25,140 nucleotides of DNA. It comes from a virus (lineage: Duplodnaviria; Caudoviricetes). The stretch spans positions 1 to 25,140 of the IMG/VR virus record IMGVR_UViG_3300017785_007464. One strand, given 5' to 3'. Position numbers and translations under genes: made by a program. This document shows positions 1 through 6,291 of the stretch, piece by piece. The first letter of the stretch is position 1. Each line of letters begins with the position of its first letter. The notes beneath the pieces are model-generated. The model was not told the origin of the DNA. It saw nothing but the letters and a program-made list of their open reading frames with translations, and did not search any database.

Positions 1-296
1 GACACGTAGATGTGGACACCAACTTTGCTCGTGAGATGCCCTGCCCCTCTGCCGAGCACCTTGCAGAAATCCTCAACGAACTCTACGAAGATCGGGACAA
101 GCTCGACGCCGTAGCCGAACTGTGCTACATCCGCGTAACGGACGATCAGTTCAACTGGGATACGGTTGCCGCACAATTTGATGGGGTGTTCCAGGAGGTG
201 CTCAATCCTCCTAAGCCGGAAGTGAGGTTGGAGCCGAAGGGAAAGAAAGCTAAAAAGAAAGGGAAGGCTCAAGGCGTAGAGCTTGCTGCCGTCTAA
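1..296 (+). CDS. Glycosyltransferase (GT-B/GT4-like), C-terminal fragment, 5'-truncated by the window
   Basis: The frame is open from position 3. 'EHLAEILNELYEDRDKL...QFNWDTVAAQFDGVF' resembles the terminal helices of GT4 enzymes (F-x-W motif). A Lys-rich tail follows. Confidence 0.6.
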   Translation, partial: HVDVDTNFAREMPCPSAEHLAEILNELYEDRDKLDAVAELCYIRVTDDQFNWDTVAAQFDGVFQEVLNPPKPEVRLEPKGKKAKKKGKAQGVELAAV

Positions 297-329
297 GATC
301 TGACCGGACGATCCGCATGGGTGGATGAG

Positions 330-358
330 GCCTCTCGCCGCAAACGAGGGGCTTTTTT
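330..358 (+). terminator. Rho-independent terminator
   Basis: GCCTCTCG-ccgcaaa-CGAGGGGC stem followed by TTTTTT, 34 nt after the stop at 296. Confidence 0.8.
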
Positions 359-369
359 ATGGAAAGGCA

Positions 370-384
370 GTCTCATCATGAGAC
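370..384. promoter_or_regulatory. Palindrome GTCTCAT-C-ATGAGAC, candidate protein-binding site
   Basis: Perfect 7-bp arms. The GTCTC...GAGAC core recurs in a palindrome at 18432-18449. Confidence 0.45.
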
Positions 385-406
385 CAAAACCGTGAGTTTT
401 AGAGTG

Positions 407-539
407 GGACTTTAGAGGCATTCCAATCCTTACATGACGTAAATAACAAGAGGAAGTAACGTGTCATAGTCCGTTTTAATGACAAGATGCTACAGGTTGT
501 TATTTAGCTCATAGAAAGATAGATAGTATTGTAAAGTCC
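407..539. repeat. Long ungapped imperfect inverted repeat with axis at 473; candidate origin or recombination-type site
   Basis: By hand count, 41 of 61 arm positions are Watson-Crick complementary with no indels. Perfect blocks: GGACTTTA/TAAAGTCC, ATGA/TCAT, TAAATAACAA/TTGTTATTTA, TGTCAT/ATGACA. Confidence 0.8.
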
Positions 540-558
540 GTAAAGTCGCCCTCCACCC

Positions 559-921
559 ATGGCTCGCCGGTACAGACCCATGCCACCCCTCTGGTACGTG
601 AAGCAACGGTTAAGACTGAGTGACAAGTACCCCAGTGGCTTGGAATGGGCAGAAACCAATCGTCGCCATAAGGATGGAGAGATGGCTGGGTACCTGGAGC
701 ATCACGGCAGGTACTACGTCGTTTCTTTAGATAACTAAAAATTGCATGCCCACCGCATCGTGTACTACCTACGTACTGGCGAGGATCCGGGGAACGCAGA
801 CGTGAAGCGTCCTGAGGACTGCCCCAAGCATCAGCTGCCGACCGAGCTGTGGCTTGAGTCACGGAAGGAGAAGCAGCCACGCACCCGCCGCAACCGTCGT
901 CAAACCGCTGTTCTGAACTGA
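559..921 (+). pseudogene. HNH-endonuclease-derived protein interrupted by an in-frame TAA at 736-738
   Basis: Translates as MARRYRPMPPLWYVKQRLRLSDKYPSGLEW...GEMAGY...GRYYVVSLDN*KLHAHRIVYYLRTGEDPG...TGA. This matches the phage HNH N-terminal pattern (SGL.W...AG...Y.V......AHRIVY...GE.P). It ends 1 nt before the next ATG at 923. Confidence 0.7.
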
Positions 922-922
922 G

Positions 923-1606
923 ATGGCAAGCTTCATCAAGAAACTCGAATCCACTCTGGGACTCGCGAGATTCAGGCACGTCAATGCCATTGATTCCCTG
1001 GAGGAGGAACGACTCAACGAGCTGGGGTACTACACAGGCTTTGCTTGTCCTCACGGCCATCTCATTCGAGACTCATCTGAGCATTGGTGCTATGAATGCG
1101 CCAAGAAGATCCTCAGTAACGTCTGCGGGTTTGACGTGAACTACCTGCAATCCGACTACCGCATCAAGTACGCCAAGGTCTGGAGTCAAGTCAATGTCAC
1201 CTTCCCGGATGAGTGCTGGGAGATCAACGGACCTTCTGGTACTACACCCAAGCGTGTGTGTCTTCCGTCCTATCGATCCTTCTACAGCAAGCAGAAGTCC
1301 GAAAACGTCAACATCCATAAAGCGATCTACCAGTGCGCATGGGGTGATGTGGGATCTCTTCTGGTGACACGTCTGTGCGGAAACAAAAAGTGCGGCAACC
1401 CACTGCACTTGGTTTCAAGCTTCAATAGGAACTTTCCGCCTCAGACGATTGCTCCTTGCGTCACAGAATTTGAAGCCAAAAAGTTGATGATGTTCAACCA
1501 AGGGGGGCATAGCGGATTGGATGTAACCAAAGTGATTCTCAAAGATCACAAAAACCCCATTGCCAACCCAGAATACGTTAAGAATCGCCCCGAGTACAAT
1601 GAATAA
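923..1606 (+). CDS. Zinc-binding His-Me finger / HNH-like protein, probably catalytically degenerate
   Basis: N-terminal YYTGFACPHGH...WCYEC Zn motif. C-terminal ECWE...HKAIY...VTRLCGNKKCGNPLHL, where the canonical motif is V.H.C.N..C.NP.HL. Confidence 0.7.
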   Translation: MASFIKKLESTLGLARFRHVNAIDSLEEERLNELGYYTGFACPHGHLIRDSSEHWCYECAKKILSNVCGFDVNYLQSDYRIKYAKVWSQVNVTFPDECWEINGPSGTTPKRVCLPSYRSFYSKQKSENVNIHKAIYQCAWGDVGSLLVTRLCGNKKCGNPLHLVSSFNRNFPPQTIAPCVTEFEAKKLMMFNQGGHSGLDVTKVILKDHKNPIANPEYVKNRPEYNE

Positions 1607-1626
1607 ATAAGGATTGTTGGGTAGAA

Positions 1627-2544
1627 GTGTCACGGGTATCCAATCAAACTAATCAACGTCAAAGAACAAAAGAAAATCCGCTAGACCTTGGTACGTTTGG
1701 CGAACTTTCTCTGCGTTATTTAACGGGAACACTTGGTCCTTTGAACCAGGTGGGTCTGAATGGTTACGGCGGTGGTACATATAACCACTGGTTTCGTATT
1801 AATATCACCAGTCCCGCTTGGATTATTCTTGCCAAGGGTGGCCCAAGGCCTAATTACATTCAAACATCCGTATATGATTTGAATGTTAACCCGGTTAACG
1901 GGCTACCAATTTTTGATGCTGATTCAATTCGCCAGGGATTAAATACTGTTGGCTCTGTATACATTCCGTATCTTGATACGGTAATGAGCCATCAATCAGA
2001 TTTATACAATACATTTGATCCTGTACGCCTAGATCGCGGAGATGACCGTTACTATCCATTGCCACAAGGGAGCTATCTTCTCTGTGTTTCTTCAACACGT
2101 AATGAAAGAATTGACTATTCAGTCGGTATTGTTGTTGAATTTGCACAAAGTGAACTATTCTTGGCGCTAGAGGACTACAGTCTGTTTCTCCAAGAAACAA
2201 CAATTGATCCTGTCACAACAGTAACAGTTGATTCTCCTATTACTGTTGACACTATCATTTCAGCAGAGCCAGGTAGGCCAAATGGTTTTACTCAAGATCT
2301 TTGTCAAATCAACTCAGGCGTAACAGTTACTGTTTTAAATGGTTCTGAGTGGTTGATTGGGCAACAAACTACTGGCGGTGGTGCTGTTACTAATGACTTC
2401 TTTCTGCTTGAATTTGGTAATGAATCATTCCTTGATACCATTCACGATCACACACTGTCAGAATGGAGAGATGCCTGGAACGCACAGCATCATCCTGATG
2501 ATAAGTTCCCGGATCTCTTTATCCCACTGACAAATAGGCCATGA
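1627..2544 (+). CDS. Hypothetical virion-type beta-rich protein with a PPC-like segment and a fibre-type motif
   Basis: 305-aa ORF with GTG start. NHWFRINI...LPQGSYLLCVS...YSV resembles a PPC beta-sandwich. QINSGVTVTVLNGSEWLI resembles a fibre C-terminal motif. Confidence 0.55.
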   Translation: MSRVSNQTNQRQRTKENPLDLGTFGELSLRYLTGTLGPLNQVGLNGYGGGTYNHWFRINITSPAWIILAKGGPRPNYIQTSVYDLNVNPVNGLPIFDADSIRQGLNTVGSVYIPYLDTVMSHQSDLYNTFDPVRLDRGDDRYYPLPQGSYLLCVSSTRNERIDYSVGIVVEFAQSELFLALEDYSLFLQETTIDPVTTVTVDSPITVDTIISAEPGRPNGFTQDLCQINSGVTVTVLNGSEWLIGQQTTGGGAVTNDFFLLEFGNESFLDTIHDHTLSEWRDAWNAQHHPDDKFPDLFIPLTNRP

Positions 2545-2654
2545 TTACACGTCTTTTGTCTGTATTCAAACAGAAGCATTCACCTGAGATAGCTTGGAAG
2601 CGTTATTGTGAAAAGAATCCAAGCGCTCCATGTTGCCGTATTTACGATGTCTGA
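2541..2654 (+). CDS. cp12: Mini CP12-like peptide (37 aa), C-terminal CP12 motif only
   Basis: MITRLLSVFKQKHSPEIAWKRYCEKNPSAPCCRIYDV. YC..NP....CRIYD with Cys-X8-Cys at the extreme C-terminus matches CP12. ATGA overlap with the upstream stop. Not in the ORF track. Confidence 0.65.
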   Translation: MITRLLSVFKQKHSPEIAWKRYCEKNPSAPCCRIYDV

Positions 2655-2775
2655 AGACGAACAAAAAGTAAACAAAGAAGAAAATAAGTACCGTAGTCCA
2701 ACTATTACAGACGCAACCGAAAAAGATTGGGAAGATTTTTTTGCCGTCCAAGAGGAAAATATATTCGACCGTTAG
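2647..2775 (+). CDS. Small acidic hypothetical protein (42 aa)
   Basis: MSEDEQKVNKEENKYRSPTITDATEKDWEDFFAVQEENIFDR. Overlaps the previous gene by 8 nt and fills the gap exactly. Confidence 0.55.
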   Translation: MSEDEQKVNKEENKYRSPTITDATEKDWEDFFAVQEENIFDR

Positions 2776-2798
2776 AATAAAAGAAACGGGAGGTACCC

Positions 2799-2963
2799 AT
2801 GCACAAACTTAACGAATACATTGAAGTTGCGCTTGCTATTCACGCTGCAGCTTCTGCTATCTGCGCACTAACCCCTACTCCCAAGGATGATGAAATTCTT
2901 GGTAAGGCTTATAAAGTTCTTGAGTTTCTTGCTCTGAATATTGGTCGCGCCAAACAGCGCTGA
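2799..2963 (+). CDS. Small membrane protein, holin-like (54 aa)
   Basis: MHKLNEYIEVALAIHAAASAICALTPTPKDDEILGKAYKVLEFLALNIGRAKQR. GGGAGG RBS at 2788-2793. Hydrophobic segment plus the TPTPKDD motif typical of small phage lysis-region proteins. Lies close to the endolysin. Confidence 0.65.
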   Translation: MHKLNEYIEVALAIHAAASAICALTPTPKDDEILGKAYKVLEFLALNIGRAKQR

Positions 2964-3125
2964 TTAATCAGGTAAAGCCTGGAACCAAAACACAGTTCCA
3001 CCTTGTTTTTCTACCCAATCACGTGTTGCAAGTGCGTTGTTCTTCTCAAGAGTGACGCACTTTTTCTCATTACCAAGTTCCCAGCACATATTGACGCGTA
3101 TGTGTGGATCTTTCTTGCATTTCAC
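2964..3125 (-). CDS. Small hypothetical protein (~53 aa)
   Basis: Likely GTG start at 3125, immediately after the endolysin stop. The track's start at 3194 overlaps the endolysin. Confidence 0.5.
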   Translation of the reverse strand: MKCKKDPHIRVNMCWELGNEKKCVTLEKNNALATRDWVEKQGGTVFWFQALPD

Positions 3126-3126
3126 T

Positions 3127-4128
3127 TCAGTAGTCCCAGCGGACGCGAGGCCTTCCTTCTCTGATACCAAGGTGCACAAATCCTTTTGGGGCACCGTATC
3201 CTACCGAATAAGGCCAGTTTTTATCGCACCAGTTTTGTACCGCATAAGTGTCGGCGCCTTGGATGTAAAAATCAACAGCTCCTTTTGACGGTGCACTATA
3301 AGTATGCTCACTATTTTTGGCGCCACCCACTTGTGTATTGATGGGTTCAGGACGAGAAGCACTGGTAATAATGATTGGTTTATTACCAAAAGCGCTACGT
3401 ACTTTTTCTAGGAATTGACACAGTTCAAGTGCCGTATCACATTGATGTTGTTTAGTAAATCGACGCGCTTCCTGGTTGAGCGTTAGTTCTCCGTATTTAA
3501 TATTGGGTGTAACTTGAAATGTAAACGGGCTCCAGGGGTTAAATTTAGGTTTTTCATTATTACCAGGGGTTCCTGTCATGCGATCCATGACCTGAATTAA
3601 TTTTGTGCTGTACAAAGGATCGGTGGCGTATCCTTCTTCTTTTAATAAACGTGCACATTCATTCCTACTACTGGCACGATTAACACCTTTATACCCGTTG
3701 TAGTCCTTATACCAACGAGTCACCAAGTAGTCAACACAGTCATATAAAGTATCAAAGGCTTTAAACCAATCTTTAATGGTTACTGTCTGACCGCCGTAGA
3801 CTTCCTGTGTAGAGACGTAACAACCTTCTCCATCTTTTGCTTTGATGCCAAAGTAGTTATGCGTACAAGAAACATGTTTTCCCTGTGCGCTCTCTAGATA
3901 CCACTGAGCAGCAACACATTCAGGGAACTTGGCACCAGCTTTCTTTGCAGCTCCAAGAACACCTTCCCATGTGTTAGAAAATTCCGGTTCTGGCTTTGAA
4001 TCGTTGCGGTACTTAATCGCAAATTCTTCAAGTACAGAAGCCGGAATTTTTGTTTCTAACCACGCAAATGCGTCTCGCTGATGCGGAAGCTCTTTGTAAT
4101 ACTCAGCCGCATCAACAAGTTTAATCAT
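3127..4128 (-). CDS. Modular endolysin: N-terminal PHQ module + GH73 glucosaminidase + peptidase M15
   Basis: GH73 motifs AAQWYLES..G, HNYFGIK, GYATDPLY. M15 motifs SASR...VGGAKNSEH...AVD...GFVHLG. Confidence 0.9.
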   Translation of the reverse strand: MIKLVDAAEYYKELPHQRDAFAWLETKIPASVLEEFAIKYRNDSKPEPEFSNTWEGVLGAAKKAGAKFPECVAAQWYLESAQGKHVSCTHNYFGIKAKDGEGCYVSTQEVYGGQTVTIKDWFKAFDTLYDCVDYLVTRWYKDYNGYKGVNRASSRNECARLLKEEGYATDPLYSTKLIQVMDRMTGTPGNNEKPKFNPWSPFTFQVTPNIKYGELTLNQEARRFTKQHQCDTALELCQFLEKVRSAFGNKPIIITSASRPEPINTQVGGAKNSEHTYSAPSKGAVDFYIQGADTYAVQNWCDKNWPYSVGYGAPKGFVHLGIREGRPRVRWDY

Positions 4129-4133
4129 GACGT

Positions 4134-4532
4134 TTACGCAGTAGTATGAGGCACTTCTATCCAGGAATGAGTTGCTTCATCCCATTGATATTGTTTTCCA
4201 TCGCTTGGGTAAGGAATCGGGGGATCCCACAGACCTGTCGTGGTGTTTAAAAGCCAGGAGGGATATGGCTTGGGGGGGATAAATCCATCAATCACGTCGT
4301 CATAGGTGTAACCAATGCCGGCGTAATTTTTACGAAAAGCTTTCGATTGGTCTGGGCCAGGTGTGTTGCTGTTAGGTAAGTAATAAACACCACCGCGAGT
4401 GTTATAACTGGTTTGCTTATAAGTTTGGCCGGTGCGAGCGCTTAACTCAGCTTCTTTACCGTCATCTTCATCACGGCCAACGGTAACAAAAGTGACGATG
4501 TTGTTCTCGTCGAGAAGTGCGAAGTGTGCCAT
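4134..4532 (-). CDS. Conserved phage tail-fibre-associated protein
   Basis: MAHFA.LDENN.V...WKQTSYN-like...FRKNYAGIGYTYD...FIPPKPYPSW...W.PP.P.P...Y.WDE, a family commonly found beside Gly-rich fibre genes. Confidence 0.75.
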   Translation of the reverse strand: MAHFALLDENNIVTFVTVGRDEDDGKEAELSARTGQTYKQTSYNTRGGVYYLPNSNTPGPDQSKAFRKNYAGIGYTYDDVIDGFIPPKPYPSWLLNTTTGLWDPPIPYPSDGKQYQWDEATHSWIEVPHTTA

Positions 4533-5410
4533 TAGGAGAACGTTACAGTTTCAGTAGTTGTCGATGTTGCAGTAACAGTATAAATTTTAAAGCCTGCAAC
4601 AGCTGTAGACAAAGAACTTGTTACGCCACCAGAAAAAGATGCCGTTAAAGTGTCTGCAATTTTAATAATAACAACACCAGAGCCGCCAGCTGCTCCAGAA
4701 GCGGCGTATGCACCGCCACCACCGCCACCTGTATTTGTTGAGCCTGCTTGTTGTCCACTACCTGATTGCAAGCCACCATCACCACCACCACCAGCGCCAC
4801 CAGCACCGACTGTACCGTTAGAAGCACCGCCGCCACCACCTGCCCTTGTAACAGAAGAACCAGTAATAGAGGATGCCACACCAGTACCACCTGCGCCACC
4901 AACGCTAGTTGCTGCATTCCCACCAGCTGCTCCTGCGCCACCGCCGCCGCCACCAGCTGTTGCTCCAGCTACACTGGAACCGCCCCCATAACCTTCATTT
5001 GCTGTGCCAGAAGCGCCTGGAATGGCTGGAAAAGGTGAACCACCATAGCCGCCACCACCTCCGGAACCACCTACAAGAGCAGGGGCGCTATTACCGCCAC
5101 CACCTCCTCCTCCTGTACTCGTACGTGTACTAAATACAGAGTTGTTACCAGAAGAACCAGCGCCAGGTCCCACGCTGCCTGCACCACCCGCTCCTACGGT
5201 GATGGTGTAAGAAGTTCCTGGTGTGATTGTTATAGAAGATTCGGCAGATGCTCCACCACCAGAAGGTCCAGCAGATGTGCGATAACCGCCAGCACCACCT
5301 CCTCCGAAGCCGCCGCCGCCACCGCCACCTGCGATAACGAGATACTCAACAACTGCTGGTGCTGTTGCTGAAGCGCTTGGTATTCCAAGCAGCATCTGGA
5401 TGAAGGACAT
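4532..5410 (-). CDS. Glycine-rich tail-fibre / receptor-binding protein
   Basis: VEYLVIAGGGGG...GGAGGYRT...YTITVGAGG...NTGGGGGG...GGSGVVII pattern of phage Gly-rich domains. Confidence 0.8.
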   Translation of the reverse strand: MSFIQMLLGIPSASATAPAVVEYLVIAGGGGGGGFGGGGAGGYRTSAGPSGGGASAESSITITPGTSYTITVGAGGAGSVGPGAGSSGNNSVFSTRTSTGGGGGGGNSAPALVGGSGGGGGYGGSPFPAIPGASGTANEGYGGGSSVAGATAGGGGGGAGAAGGNAATSVGGAGGTGVASSITGSSVTRAGGGGGASNGTVGAGGAGGGGDGGLQSGSGQQAGSTNTGGGGGGAYAASGAAGGSGVVIIKIADTLTASFSGGVTSSLSTAVAGFKIYTVTATSTTTETVTFS

Positions 5411-5411
5411 A

Positions 5412-6248
5412 TCAGCTTAACCCTGCACCACCGATTACAAACTCAGTGCCTGCTGCACCTGAAACACATAATACTGTGGCCAAACCTCGCTGAGCAAGGG
5501 TCCGATTACCTACGCCAGACGTACCGGCTTGGCGAAGAGTAACGTTAGTACCTTGAGTGATTGTAATGTTTCCAGTGGTGTTGTTATAGATACTTACTGC
5601 TTGGCCAACAACAAATACACCAGAAGGCACTGTTACGCCAGCTGTAGTAAAAATGTGGTCCCCAGCATCTGTTGCAGTGAGCGTATAGGAAGTTGTTTGC
5701 ACAACTTGTGGAACATCGCGGACATTACCAGCGACATCTCTAACAGCGCTACCTGAAACAGTTCCTGTAAAACCACCACTGGCAAAGTTAGCCGCAGTAC
5801 CAGTAACGGTTGTTCCGGTGACTGTTGTAAAACCTGCTGTATTACCAGTTAACGTCCCAAACTGGCCAGCGGTGCCAGTGACAGTTGCTCCTGTGACTGT
5901 CGTAAAACCTGCTGTATTACCTGTAATGGTGCCAAATTGACCGGCTGTACCTGTGACGGTTGCCCCTGTAACAGTACCAAATCCAGCGGCAGTACCGGTT
6001 AAATTTGTAAACCGGCCTGTATTTCCACTTACAGTTGCACCACTAAGTGTCGTGGTGAAAATACCAGTGACAGCTGTAATTGTGGTGAAATTACCCGCGT
6101 TACCAGTGACGGTTGCGCCAGAAACGGTGCCGGTAACAGAGATATTAGTAAAGCCTGCCCCGTTTGCCAGGCCGCTTACAGTCGTGGTCGCGTCAACGCC
6201 AGCTGCCGTGTAGGTAATATTATCAACTTTTAGGGTTCCGTAAGGCAT
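5412..6248 (-). CDS. Tail fibre protein (short), Thr/Gly repeats
   Basis: MPYGTLKVDNI N-terminus, TVTG..GF repeats, and a C-terminal YTL...DAG...VTVP..VF..G..VSIYN...ITQG..VTLR..G...GNRTLAQRGLAT domain. Confidence 0.8.
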   Translation of the reverse strand: MPYGTLKVDNITYTAAGVDATTTVSGLANGAGFTNISVTGTVSGATVTGNAGNFTTITAVTGIFTTTLSGATVSGNTGRFTNLTGTAAGFGTVTGATVTGTAGQFGTITGNTAGFTTVTGATVTGTAGQFGTLTGNTAGFTTVTGTTVTGTAANFASGGFTGTVSGSAVRDVAGNVRDVPQVVQTTSYTLTATDAGDHIFTTAGVTVPSGVFVVGQAVSIYNNTTGNITITQGTNVTLRQAGTSGVGNRTLAQRGLATVLCVSGAAGTEFVIGGAGLS

Positions 6249-6291
6249 TACCGTGTCCCTTTGTATTCTTAATACCTAGTTTAATTCAATT

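Noticed and set aside
736-738. Possible stop-codon reassignment
   Set aside because: TAA, TAG and TGA all end well-defined genes here and coding density is high under the standard code; this is a single case.
509-1060. 183-aa minus-strand ORF
   Set aside because: Antisense shadow of the HNH-derived + strand genes; no recognisable motifs.
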